Assembly (NCBI RefSeq): GCF_018977255.1
Contig: NW_024704742.1
Span: 1,552,001-1,616,000 of the forward strand
Length of the DNA stretch: 64,000 nucleotides
Origin: Callorhinchus milii
Taxonomy: Eukaryota
Direction of reading: 5' to 3'
The number at the start of each line of letters is the position of its first letter. Within the stretch, counting starts at the first letter, position 1. The notes beneath the pieces are model-generated. The model was not told the DNA's origin and searched no databases. It saw only the letters and a list, made by a program, of their open reading frames with translations. A program made the translations under genes and the position numbers. Positions 13,556 through 26,181 of the stretch are shown here, piece after piece.

Positions 13556-14718
13556 TCTATACATTCAAACTTATATATTTTAACGTAGATTATAATTGAT
13601 AGAATTTATATAAACTCTCCGACTTATTTCCCTATGCGCTACGGTACAAATAAAGGACCTCGCTTGATTGAAACATTTGGTCACCACACAAGCAGCTACG
13701 GTATGAGTGAGCTTCAAACTGAAGTAGCTGCAATGTGTTGTGACCAGAAGTTCCACTCAAGTGAGGTGCTTCACGGTTCACTCACATTTATGTCAGTCCA
13801 GTGGCATGAATGTCAGTGGGACGCAGGCACCAACATAAATACTTATACAGTAAAAGAAGAACCCCTAAATAGGGGGATGTGGGGGGCGTGGTGGAGGGGG
13901 GTGGGGGGCAGAAAAAGCAGTTAAAAGCAGCCAGGTGGCAACCCTATACCCGTGACCATTAGGCACGCTATACTGTTCATATTGATGTGTGTTGTGACTG
14001 CTGAGAAGAAAACCTTAGTTTATGTAACATAAAACTCAACTCATTAGACTTCTTTTATCAATCAGGTGTTAGTCTGGCTCACTTGATGGTACTGTTTAAG
14101 TGCTCCGAAATGCTATCCCACCTGAAGGGCGCGCTATAAATGCTATAAATGCAACTTGTCAGTCAGAAGATTGTGTGCTCGTCAGGGTTTTCAGCTCATA
14201 GTCTCTGCTGACACTCGAGTGCAGTGCTGGGGGTCTGATGCTCTGTCAAAGGTGCTGTCCTTTGGAAGAGATGTCAAACCGAGTAGGACAGGAAGGTCAT
14301 AAGAGTATTGAAATCCTCCATCAATAGCATTTGCTACGTACGTGCTACAATGCAATGGTCTGGGATCCAAAAAGTCCCAACTCATAGCTATAGGTGGGTT
14401 TCACTGCGTATGCGCAGAGCTGTCTGTGTTCACTTCCTGAGTGCCTACTGGTTTCCGCCAACCTTTCTGGGCGAAGAAGGTCGTGATGTTTGTGGTGATC
14501 TGATGCTAACTGAGGTTGGCAATTTTTTCTAAACACAAGAGCAGCCGGCACGTAGTAAGCGAGCGGGCTGGCTGCACACACTCACAACGAATGGGTTGTA
14601 TTTAGCGGAGCAATTGACATAGCCTTATAAAGAAGCACGTTCTAATGTAGGCTGCGTCGTACCAACACCTGGGTTTGAAAAGAATCACTGCTTTAAAAAC
14701 AATTTCACTTTCTTATAG

Positions 14719-16725
14719 TAATGAAATCGAAAGGGATTCAGGACCTGGTGAAAGAACTCGTATTTCAACAGACCCGGGCCTTTCAAGAGAACATCCAGGA
14801 GTCCGTGGCTCAGCTCTATAAAGTCATCTCCAGTTTAACAGAAGAGCTCGAGAGCACGAAAGCAACAATCAAGCAATTGAATAAGAGCATTTCGTCACAG
14901 CCTGAAAATTTCAGCCCTGACCCCAAGAAGCAAGATCCTGCGGTGAACAGTGAAATACAGGAAATCAGAGAGCAAGTGATCCTCCTGAGAGCTGAAGTCT
15001 CCCTGACCTGCAACAATACATCTCAGGATATACAGGAAGAAATCAAATCTCTTGATGGCGAATTGGTAAAGGAACAGGAGAGGAACAGTGTTTTCTTTGA
15101 TATCATCAACCGCACACTTTCACAGGTAGGAGAAGCTCAGAAGCAACTGATCTCTGAGCAATCGCTCCGAGACATAGACACTGCAGTCCCCGAAATAGGA
15201 GGTGCCCAGAAAAATACAAGGCTCCAAAACTATTTTCTCAGTCTGGCTGAGAAAGTCCGAGCGCAGAACCATATGATAGTGAAGCTGTATGCAAAATTGA
15301 ACACACAGGACGCGCAGCTCTCCAATTTAACTAACGCTGGGGGAAGACATGATGAGCTGGCCACAACGTGTCAAGATTTGATTGAAGAGTCCAATAGTAA
15401 CTTGCAGAACCAGCTGCACCAAATGCAGAATCACACGCAATATTTGAACGCAACATTCTTCAACATCTTCACCTCATTTGACGATGCAATGGAGTCAGTG
15501 AACGAGAGGATTAGCAATCTAGCGTACGACATGGAAATCCTGCAACCTATTGCTGAAGAGGAAAGGCTGGCCCTCGTACCTCCCGATGAAGGCCACAGGT
15601 CAGATGTCGCGGCCCTCAGAAAGCGCCTGGAGGTTCTGAGTTCCAGAGTCGAGCGTTTAGGCTCAGTTGTCAAAGACGTAGCTGAAGAGCGAGGACTGAG
15701 AAGCAACAGCGGAGAGGAAGAAGAAACATTCAACAGGTTTATGGCTGAATGTCGTCTCGAAATCGAGGATGGTTTGAATGACACAATGATCGTGCTCAAT
15801 GATGCTGTCGATTCCATCAGAGATAATTACTACGTCCTGAAAAAGAATCTGACTGATCTGAGGCAGTATGTTATGGGACTGCCATATCTGAGTGTAGCAA
15901 ACCAGAAGGATTGTCTGGCTCTGATCCCCCAATTCAAGAGGTTAAATGATTCCTTTATGGTGCTGCTGGATGATATGGTGAGACACCAGAACGCTTTGGA
16001 AACGATGGGTGCCATTAAGGACATAGCGGACATTGAGAACGAATTGAGCAACCTCCCAAACATCGTGATGATGTCCGATCTGTTAAATGGAACTGCGGTC
16101 AAAACAGAGGATCACCAGCAAATGATCCAGCACCTGGAGGAGATGGTCCTTCAGTCACCTGCTGGAACCAGTGATCATGAAGCCCGGATTCTCGCCCTTG
16201 AATCCAAGCTGGAATCAACTCTGGCTAACTCCAAATCATTCCAAAAGTCCAAGAAAACCAAAAAGTTAGAGAAAACCAAGCCCCCTGCCCCGAAGTATCA
16301 AGAGCTGAGACGCAAGCTCTCGGAACTCGATTCTAAATGCTTTAAGCTGGGTGACAGAGTCTCAATGCTCAGCGAAGAGACCGGCCACACCTGGGGCTTT
16401 TGCCAGAATTTATCTGTATCAGTGGCTCAGATCAACGCGAGAATCCCGCTGCTTGTGTCGCCAGAGGCGAAGCTGAACGCCACAAATCATCAGGAACAGC
16501 CCCACGATTTCACGCAGTCTATCAGTGAAGCCACTGGTGGAGGGGTCTTCCTCACTAATGTCACAGAGTACATGGACAACGCACTTTCTGTCGTCATTGG
16601 GAATATCACAAAGCTCCAAAGACAAATGAAGCAGATTTACAAGAAGCAAGCGGTGACAGTTAAACCCAACGTGACAGCCGGAGCTGGGAGAAGCCAGCGA
16701 TATGCGGATACTAATGATGATTCAG
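14719..16725 (+). CDS. MMRN1: Multimerin-1 large coiled-coil exon (2007 bp; probably exon 6)
   Basis: ctttcttatag acceptor and TCAG|gtaaac donor; phase 1-1; 669 open codons of heptad-rich sequence, starting VMKSKGIQDLVKELVFQQTRAFQENIQESVAQLYKVISSLTEELEST and ending GRSQRYADTNDDS. Confidence 0.95.
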
Positions 16726-19700
16726 GTAAACGGACAACTTCAGTTTATTGTGTCGTTTCCGTTCTCTCCCAAGCACTGCTTATTTACATTCAGCTTCCAG
16801 ATCAGAGAGAGATGACTTGTGTGAATGTGATCCAGGGTGGGGGGCGGGGGTGCTGCCTGTTCTGCGGAGTGACTGCCCTATAGATGATCAGCCCTCTCAC
16901 ATCCGGCTCAGAATACTTTGGGTTCAATCCCACACCGGGACATGAGCTCGTAGTGTTGGGGTAAAAGGCTGCATCGTCGGAAATGTGGCCCTTCGAGGTA
17001 TTACGGAGCGGTCCTGTCTGCCGGTCTTCGGATGGTGGGCCAAAAACCTCACGATGTTCGAAAGGAGAACGGAGTTTCTCCAACAAACCATCCAGATGCA
17101 CTGGCTGTTCGAAACGCTTACGAAACAGGCACCGAATCTCTGCAGCGTTTGCCTGCGAAAAAAAACAGTGACGACCCCTCAGCAGTAATTACCGCGAAGT
17201 GCTTTTTGACAGATGAGGCGCAATAAAAATGTAATTTCTTTCTTTTCTTTTCTTTCCCAGCAATACACACCCATTTTCAGTCACCGGGTAAATTGATGCA
17301 CGGACCAGACAATCGTGCGTCGTGAAATATAATATGCGCACAGTGTGCCTGGCCCCTCCCAATTCTAATTGATTTTTTTTCTCTTCCAGTTCGTTTAGCT
17401 CTTTTGGCTTCCTATCCTGCCTGTGGCAACACATAATGGTCCGTGAATGGAAATTAGAACTGATATGAATCAAACTCATTTCATACACGCTATACTAACT
17501 GTTCGGTGGTCTTCTCCATTACAGCCTTTTTTTTAAAAAAAAGCTTTATTTTCCACCTTGTTCACCGTGCCGCTGCTTGGTTTCAAAGATTACGCTTGTT
17601 TTTTAATAACGTTAATGGCTTTCTCACGTGCGACTGCGAGTTTAGACTTCAGGTCTCTAAGCAACACCGGTGCACAAAATATTTTTTTCCCTGAGGAAGG
17701 TTTGGCCTGACGTACCCAGTGGCCGGTTTAGTAATCGCTCAGCGCTCTTGTTCACAGTGTCAGGTAGTGGCACTGCCCAGCCTTACGGTTGTGAGTTACT
17801 GTAAGACATATTCTCGGCCACGGCTACCAGCAAAGGGGGGGTGGGGGGTATGTGAAGGCCAATTTCTTCCCTGGTTTAGTGCGCGTGGGGGTGAGTGGGG
17901 GGAGGGTTAGGGTGTGTGTGTGGGACGAGAGAGACAGGGAAAAACAGAGGGTGTCTCACTCTCCACTCCACCACTGTTCAGCTCCGCAGTCCCGTCTCCG
18001 GAGAGGAATTGGCAAGTGCTATCTGCTATTCTGCTCGCTTCACTTACGTTAGGAAATGGCTTGATGCTGCAATAGGTGGCTCTTTGGTAACATTGGGATG
18101 GGGTCTATTAAGTCACTGATGCTCGTGATCGGTTTATAACACCCTTCGTGGTGTTTACAGTGGGCTTGCCCCACAACCATTTGACACCCCTCCCTTCCAC
18201 CCTGCCCACCCCTCCCTCCTCACCCCACCCACCCCCTCCGCCTCGTGCCCGTGTACATTTCACCAATCTATAAACGTCCTCCCCACGCGAAGAAAGCGTT
18301 TCCCACGAACGACCAGTGGGAGAAACCAACCTTCGCATTATATTTCTCCTTGCGTTCGCGCGGAAAGTCACGCTGTAGCTGTACAAACAGTATTAGTGTC
18401 AAACAACATGCACTTCCTTTTAAGATAATTTTACAGCTCCAAATTCTATTTGCTGCCGGCAGGGCTGATGTTGATTTAAGTTTGTTCTGTGGCAGAATGC
18501 TGTTATGTGAGGAATATAAATCATTGCCTCGCTCCCACACGCTGCACAATGCCTCCATTCCACTCCCCACCCAACACCCCCACCCCCCGGTTCCTCGCGG
18601 TGAGCTTAAGAGCAAGCTTGTTATCTGGCACGACGTAAGCAACAGGGACCTCAGTAGCTCGCCTCATGTCCTGCGTCACTCAATAAATCGGTTTAAGTTG
18701 ACGCAAAAGAACGGGCCCACAGCCATCAATCATCATGCAACAGTACAAATTTTCCATTTATGTGACGAAAGTAATAATAAAAATAATAATAATGCTATAT
18801 TTTTATATTGTGCCTTATCACGTCGTCGAGACGTGGCAAAGCAATTCGCAGGATACATCGGGCTCTTTCACGTAAGTCAGGGCGATGTCCCCGAGGCCCT
18901 TAACAATCCTGGCTTGGCAGTCAAGCCGCAAGTTCTTCCTTTCATTCTCCTTTCGAATTTAGGCAGCTTTCGGCGACTTGAGCAGGTCAGCGAGTGGGCT
19001 TTCACTTTTCCTGCCCGTTTTCGGCTGCTGTCCCCCTGTCCCTTCCCATTGTTATCAGCTGCTGATTCTTCAATGTTCTGTGATCAGCTTTGACCGTTTT
19101 TTTTTTTTTTTTGCTCCGCTCGTCCAAAACTGAACGTTTTCTCCAATCCTCCCGACGGCGGTAAGTTGACCTTGCGCTTTTGGGACATCCTCCCGACGTG
19201 AAAGGCACTCCATAAACGTAATTTTGTTGTTGTTATTGTTCATTCCCTTTCCATTAATCCACTGCTAACCTCCCCCCCTTCCTCCTCATCCAAATTCCGC
19301 TCGTGCTCAGTGGCACATAACCAGTTTAACATGTGTCCAAAATTTAGATAAACAAATATTGACAAGAGCGCCCTGTGATGCTTTCACCCGCAGCTGGATT
19401 CCACTGATAATACAGTAATACCATTAGGCTTCACTTCTGAATCTCCAATGGTTGTAATCAGACAAAGAATCTGCTTCACGATGTCCGCAAAGGAAAAATG
19501 ATATTAATTTGCATGAATTGTTGCAGGCTGTTATCTTTAATCATTTTGTATATTAAATGGCGTTCCCTGCTTCATGCTTTCCGTGATAGTGCGAGGTCAT
19601 TTTTTCTCTCTGCCTGTGTCTAGCCTTGTTCTAAAGTAAAATCACACACGCGCACGCAACCTTGTCTCATCTCTCTCTGCTGGATAGATTCTCTGTCACT

Positions 19701-20854
19701 TGACTCTCTCTAGGTTTGTTTCAAGAATAGAATTACAGCACTACTTGTCTTGCATTCTGCAGTGACTTTTTTTTTAAGGAATCAACTTGACCATGAAATC
19801 AGGCGTTAGCGTACAGATACATCACAATATAGTTGCTGAATAATTTTTAGGCTTCACAACTGCCTTAGGCTGAAAGGCATTAGAAGCTTATCAGATTGTA
19901 TTATATTTATGATTATAAATTGTGACAGCAACAGATCTTTGTGAGGAACCGACAGCAGTGGTCTAAATTGCCTCATTACTGTGTATTTGGCATTGATCAT
20001 ATCATTTGGCCAGCACTGAGCTGTATACTGGAGACACGGTAGATTTATTTATTGAATCTAATTCATACTTTTGACCTTTTTCTATTTCCGTTCACTGAGG
20101 AAGGGAAAGAAGTATCTCTCGTCACTGCTTTTATGCTAATTTGATCAAGATTAGTCTATTTGTGCTAATGTATTAATTGCACAAATATAGATTCTACGGA
20201 ATGCTACAGGTCAATAGGTTTTTGTTCGGTAAGAGTATCAAGGGATATGGAGCAAAGGCAGGCAAATAAAGTTGCGGTACGGATCAGCCATGGTCTAATA
20301 GGATGGCAGAACATGCTCGAGGGGCTGAATGGCTTCCTATTTTATTAATAATAATGATAATATGCGCTCTGAGACGCTACCCTGTGTGGAGAGCGCTATA
20401 TAAGTGCAAGCTGTCGTTGACGTCGTAATAATAAATACTCCTTGCATTTGATATATCCCCTGATCATGTCATTGAGTCGGCTCACAGCGTTTCACAGAAT
20501 ATATTGTAAAGTGGATTTGACTGTATATATCGTGGGCGAAACGGGTTCCCGTGCTCCTGTGCTCTCTCCTCGTTTTGTTTGCACCATTGCACGAGGGGGG
20601 CTAAGCATGCACCCTACGCTCTCGTTGCGGTCTTCTGCTCCAGGATCTTCTCCGCCGCCAGCTCTCTCTCCGGTACCCCTTCATTTCCAACTCCAAATGC
20701 GAAAGATACCCTCGGGTCAAAAAAATCGAAAGCAGATTCACTCGGCTTTGCCTCCCCCGACCCTCCCCACCGGCCTCCACTCACTTCTCCTTCCGCACTT
20801 GCAAGTGTAAGTTGTTGTCGGCGTGCCAACCTGTCTTGCCTTATTGATTTACAG

Positions 20855-21001
20855 TGGAACCAGCCAGCTGCAGCAGCTCTCCATGCCAAAACGGTGGCAC
20901 GTGCATCAATCAAGGGAAAGGCTTTGTTTGTGCCTGTCGGCCGCCTTTTGGTGGTCCCAGCTGTGACATAAAGCTCCTGGACGAAAATGCCTTGAAGACT
21001 G
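20855..21001 (+). CDS. MMRN1: Multimerin-1 EGF-like domain exon (147 bp; probably exon 7)
   Basis: gatttacag acceptor and ACTG|gtgagg donor; phase 1-1; CSSSPCQNGGTCINQGKGFVCACRPPFGGPSC has the six-Cys EGF pattern. Confidence 0.95.
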
Positions 21002-21091
21002 GTGAGGCTCTTCGGTTTCCTGGGTCACCTAACGTACACGACGCAATGCGGCAGAAATGGACTAACACCTTCAAAAGAAGAAGGCTTAGTT

Positions 21092-21265
21092 ATAATAATA
21101 ATAATAATGATAATCCCAGCATTTGATAGAGCGCTTTATCACGTCGTCGAGACGCCACAAAGTGCTTCGCAGAATATACTGTAAAGTGTGGTGACTGTGG
21201 GTTTTGTGGGAGAAACGCGGCAGCCGATTGCGCACAGCGACGTCCCCACAAACAGTCGTGGATTT
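21092..21265 (-). mobile_element. SINE 3' half (a similar minus-strand piece lies at ~20425-20545)
   Basis: (aat)n tail followed by the reverse complement of the SINE 3' body. Confidence 0.8.
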
Positions 21266-21689
21266 CTACCAAACAACTGCCTTAATGGTCCTGATGTCTG
21301 GTTATGCATTAGAGTAGCTGAGCCTGGAAGTGTTCAAGGCATCGATTGGGGGGTCAGTTGTGTTTCAGACCATTGCCATATCCACCTCCTCTAACAACCC
21401 CCTGACTTGGCTCAGAGGGGAATCCGATGTTGGAGCTGAGGCCTCATGTCCACAGCATGAAGCGCGCGGGGTTCCCTGGAGAAGACACACTTCATACTTA
21501 AATTGTCGTTTCCCTCGGTGTTAAGTGCTAATTACCAACAAGGGCTCGTTAATACCCAACCCCTCCACCCCCCCACTCACCCCCCACACAAATACAGCCC
21601 AGGTTCTCGGGTAACCATGCATTAAATTAATTAAGAATCAATTCTTTGCTATTAACAAATTCCGCTGACTCTCTCAAATCCTTCGCCAG

Positions 21690-22111
21690 ATTTTTCAAGA
21701 GGATCGTACAGGTATGCTCCAATGGTCACCTTCTTCGTGGCACATACCTACAGCATGAGCACTCCGGGTCCCATCAAGTTTAACCATCTGATGGTCAACT
21801 ACGGGGCCTCGTACGCACCAGGCAGCGGAAAGTTCTTGGTTCCCTACCTCGGAGTGTACGTCTTCAAGTACACGATTGAATCGTCCACCCAGTACTTGTC
21901 TGGTTACCTGGTAGTCGACGGAGTGGACAAGCTGGCTTTCCAGTCTGAGCATGGCAGTGGTTCGGTCTCCACCAGCAGAGTTGTGACAGGTGACGCAGTG
22001 CTGGAACTCAACTATGGGCAGAGAGTGTGGTTAAGATTGATGTCAGGCTCAATCCCAGCCAAATATCCACCAGTTACAACATTTGGTGGCTATTTGCTTT
22101 ACCGCACATAA
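21690..22111 (+). CDS. MMRN1: Multimerin-1 terminal coding exon, gC1q domain
   Basis: cttcgccag acceptor; DFSRGSYRYAPMVTFFVAHTYSM...GKFLVPYLGVYVFKYTIES...LELNYGQRVWLRL...TTFGGYLLYRT then stop TAA at 22109-22111; C1q-domain motifs and an MMRN1-type C-terminus. Confidence 0.97.
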
Positions 22112-25020
22112 AAAGAACAACCGATAATACATGTAAAGACGCTTCCGTACAATCAGCAGAATAGGTGCAAGAACCAATTTATAATCCTTTTAGCGCTCGT
22201 TTTTTTTGAAAGGTAAACTCAACCCCTTCAGTCGGTGGAGAACCCAAAGCTATGTATGATGGTGGTTATGTTAATAGCCACTTTCAATTGTCATTCTCCT
22301 AAATTGTGAGCCTGTAGCAGTCACCGTCATTGACGCAGCACGCCCTGGGTCTCTTGTTTGTTGTGCTTACGAGAACAGCCTTGCTATTTTATTGTCCTGG
22401 CGTTTTATTTCAAAAACATCAGCGAGAGAGAAAAAAATATTCAGAGCAAAACCTTAGTACTGAAGTATTTAACACGTGGTCCGATGCAGAGCTGCACAGG
22501 GTCTGTGAACAACACAAGCGAAGAGCAATCTGAAATGTGAATATCCGTCTGTAATTTCTCCATTGCTGCAAATTGTAACCTAGGATTGAGGTTTTCTCAG
22601 TGAAGGCATTGGATACAAGTTTATTTGATGGACTTTGATGGAAAGGAAAGGCTTCATTTTTCAACACTTCTCAGTGTAGTGTAACATTGATGAGGTGGGT
22701 TTCGCCCATGATGGAATTTTCCCCTTTGCGAGGCTCAATGTCAAGGATGCCACATCTATAGGGTGATGTAAAATTCTGCCTGGTCTCAGTCTGTAGGACC
22801 TGTTTTGTCTTAACCTTTTAAAATTCTTGAAAATGATTAAATTGAGCCTGAGCGTGGAAGCTGTTTCTTATTAAGAACTTCAGAAAACTGAGCTTAACCA
22901 GCTCAGATTAGACGCAGTTTGAAGGGGCCTCTCGAGATGTGCGTATCGAAGGAACGCCGTCTGCATAGAACGTGCCCGGTTTTTTGTTTGGAGAGATAAG
23001 AGAGGGAGAAAGCATCAAGATGAGATGTGCACAAGGACGCGCGGGAATGCACTGTATATTTATGAAATCAAAAATCAAAATGGAACGGCAGGCGTTTTTT
23101 CACGAAGATCCTTACCCCTTTAAGAGTGGAACGCAACCCTGTTGTTTCTCAAGCGCCGTTAAGGCAGAGGCTTGACAGGTCCGGTTTCCGGCACCTTTGC
23201 CTCTGTGAGCGCGAAACAAGAATCTAATTGTACTTGCAGAATGAGTGAAGTTTCATCTCATCCACAATTATTATTCTCACTGTTGTTATTATTGGGGCGA
23301 ACGTAATTGTGCAAGCGGTGTGTGGGCTGTTTCGGATTAAAGCGAAACGGGTTGAGTTAAGGAGGACTGGAAGCTCGTGCTTAAAGCCAGTGCCTGATCA
23401 GTGTCTGATTCACATTTAGAGGTCACACATATGTAATCCCTTGGACATCCGCATGCTCCGCACCTGAAACTAGGTTACCAGCTTGTCAGCGGATAACAAT
23501 TTAAACCGTGTGAAGTCAAGTAATACTTTGCTGCGTCGATTGAAATCATTGTGTGGTGTACAGCAACTGATAGGTTTGGCTTCGAGTCAGTTGGAAGTAA
23601 CCCTATTGAAGCTCGTGAAAGAACAAACGCAATAAAATCACTGTATCATTACAGACACTTTGGGAGGTTCAGAATTGCGAGGTTAAAATAGTCATATTGG
23701 AAGATAACATTATTGGATGGGAATTATAAGAGGGAAGGTCAATTTCTATCATGAAATATCCCCATGTTGAAAAACTGCTCACAGCGCAGATTGAAGCAAT
23801 AATGAGAGAAATGACAAAGGGAAATGTAATAATGCATTTCATATCAGACATCACATGTCGGAGCTTTAAGTTGCCAACAAGACAGTGTTTGCATTCTCCA
23901 ATGGAAACATGATTTCCCTCCGTTCCTGGTAACTCGTTTAAATCTATGGGGGAAAAAAAAACTTCATAAACCACTGAACCACTTGTTCTCATTAAGTAAC
24001 GGCAATGGTATGCCTTAGACTGCATTGCTGAGCTGTGCTGCATATAAGCTCATCTCTGAAAAATGAAATCCTGTCTAAAATCTCATTTTTTTTTATTAAT
24101 TCAACAACCTACATGGGCTCGCATTGCTCAGCACTCTCATAGTGTATGGTGATAAACTGTAGTATGCAACAAAGCCCCCCAGATCACTCCAATTCTAAGC
24201 AAAGAGTTAGTTTTAATAATGTTAGTTTCAACATAAAGCATCAATTTGAAGGTTTAACTCTCTAAATCTAGTGCAATAGATAAGAATTGAAATTTTCTGT
24301 GTGTAAACCTCCTGTCAGAGCTGCTCTTTCACAAATGCAATGCGTATATAACCAATGCGTTCCTTTCAATGATTAGCCAACTTTCGAAGCCCATTTCATG
24401 CACACGAATGCAACGGCTAAAATGTTCTCTTTTCTGAAGTAGAAATTGAGCGGCAATTCCCTCTGGTTTCAGTTTTATAATTCCTCTGCTTGTACTTTAA
24501 CACCAGCTTCCCTGCAGGAGATCAGTGAACTAATGGCCTTTAGAAAACTATACGAGCTTGAATGTTTTATTAAACGTTGTTTGAGAGGCCTAAATTTGTG
24601 GTGTTTCTTAAGGGGATTCATTAATAAGGAATTTGAGTCACTCAAATGGGGAATCCTTCCGGGAACTGCTCTCCAATGCAATCACCTTCTGATTTATGGG
24701 AATTCTAATTTCAAACGGGATATTTAGGAATCTCCATTCAGAAATGCTGCAAATCGTACCTCACATTTGTCATACATTTTCCATGCAAAAATTTCTCTGA
24801 GATACCGATGATGCATTTGATAAACTGTAAATGTAATGCTTGTCTCCTTACTGTGTAAAATCCTATGACTGTTTCCACGGTAAAATAAATTGCATCTAAT
24901 ATGTTAACAGTTTTGACATATTTAATAGGGTGAAATAATGTCTTGTTATTTTTAAGATTGTATTTTAGAAGACGATTGCATCAAATTAAGGCAATAAACA
25001 AAACAGTAACGCTTTCTGAA
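22112..25020 (+). other. MMRN1: Probable MMRN1 3' UTR (extent inferred)
   Basis: Follows the stop codon; no recognisable SINE/LINE; AATAAA at 23631, 24884 and 24993, the last followed by a T/GT-rich tract at 25026-25048. Confidence 0.5.
24993..24998 (+). promoter_or_regulatory. Candidate distal polyadenylation signal (alternatives at 23631-23636 and 24884-24889)
   Basis: AATAAA with downstream tttgtaatcttgtatgttttgt element. Confidence 0.45.
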
Positions 25021-25059
25021 ATACATTTGTAATCTTGTATGTTTTGTAGAAACCTTGCA

Positions 25060-25438
25060 GAAACCTATAAGATTCATAAGGATCTTGACATGGTAGATAT
25101 TGTGAGACTGTTTCCCCTGGTTGGAGAATCTAAGACTAGGGGTCATAGTCTCAGGATTAACGGTCAGTCCTTTAGAATTGAGTTGTGAAAACATTTCTTC
25201 ACTCAGAAGGTAGTGAATTTATGGAATTCTCTACCCCAGAGGCTGTGGATGCTCCGTCCTTGAACATATTCAAGACTGAGCTCAATAGATTTTTAAAAAC
25301 TAAAGGGATTAAGGGATATGGGGATAGGACGGGTAAATGGAATTAGATTAGAAGATCAGCCATGATCTACTAAATGGTGGGGCAGGCTCGAGGGGCCAAA
25401 TGGCCTACTTCTACTCCTATTTCTTATGTTCTTATGTT
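25060..25438 (+). mobile_element. CR1-clade LINE 3' end (shark HER1-like); related scraps at ~20205-20345 and ~33760-33845
   Basis: ETYKI...LFPLVGESKTRGHSLRI...FFTQKVVNLWNSLP motif and (ttcttatg)2 terminal repeat. Confidence 0.88.
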
Positions 25439-26181
25439 TTTATCTATGGCACAGAAAGATTGTGAAAAAAAACAGTGTGGCTTTAAAGGGAACATGAGTA
25501 TTCCTGCTGGGGACTTCCTGGAAACATTGGATAGTCCACAGGTGCTGGACAGGGTTGTAGGTTGGACAGTGTCTCCAGTTCATCGGAAGTTTTTTTGATC
25601 AGCCCTGTGTCTGACGCACGCGGAAGCCCATCACGGCGCTAAGAGTATTCAAACCCAACTGAGAATTCCATGCATCCCACCTACACCTGGGAATTCCAGA
25701 GATGTTTGTTGGAATGTGCACTGGCTCCCTGAAGGGACCCCATCCTGGCCATCTAATTCAGGAGAGTTTCTGCGGAATCCGCTACACACGCCCTCTTCTG
25801 TCACAAATCCGCTGCAAGCCTGCGTGCGCGGTGCAGCGCTGGCGGGAAACGGGCTCCGCTCGCCCCAGAGGCCCTGCCCGGCTTAGGAAGTGGACCATCG
25901 AGACCGTCACAGAGGGCTGGCTCGGTTCTGACATTCCTTTGCCAAACGTGTCACCTTGGAGCCAGTTCAGCTCTGAGGAGATCTAGCTTACCTCCCTCCC
26001 ACAAGGAGGACAGTCACTAGTTGATCATCTGACAAGTGCGGGTTTGAGCCCTCACGAGGTAGATGGAAGGGACTAGGCACTCCCTGCGGATTTCCTGATG
26101 GGCTGCACAGCTCAGCACGAAGCAGGGTGTAGGCTTTTTCACGACACTTAACACGTTTTGTTTTGCCCCCCAAAAAAAGGC

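Noticed and set aside
16726..16883. C-terminal extension of the 720-aa ORF (GKRTTSVYCVV...)
   Set aside because: Read-through into the intron past the TCAG|gtaaac donor; MMRN1 similarity continues in the EGF exon
18245..19093. 282-aa ORF inside an MMRN1 intron
   Set aside because: No recognisable domain; it runs through SINE-tail and L2 fragments and low-complexity sequence
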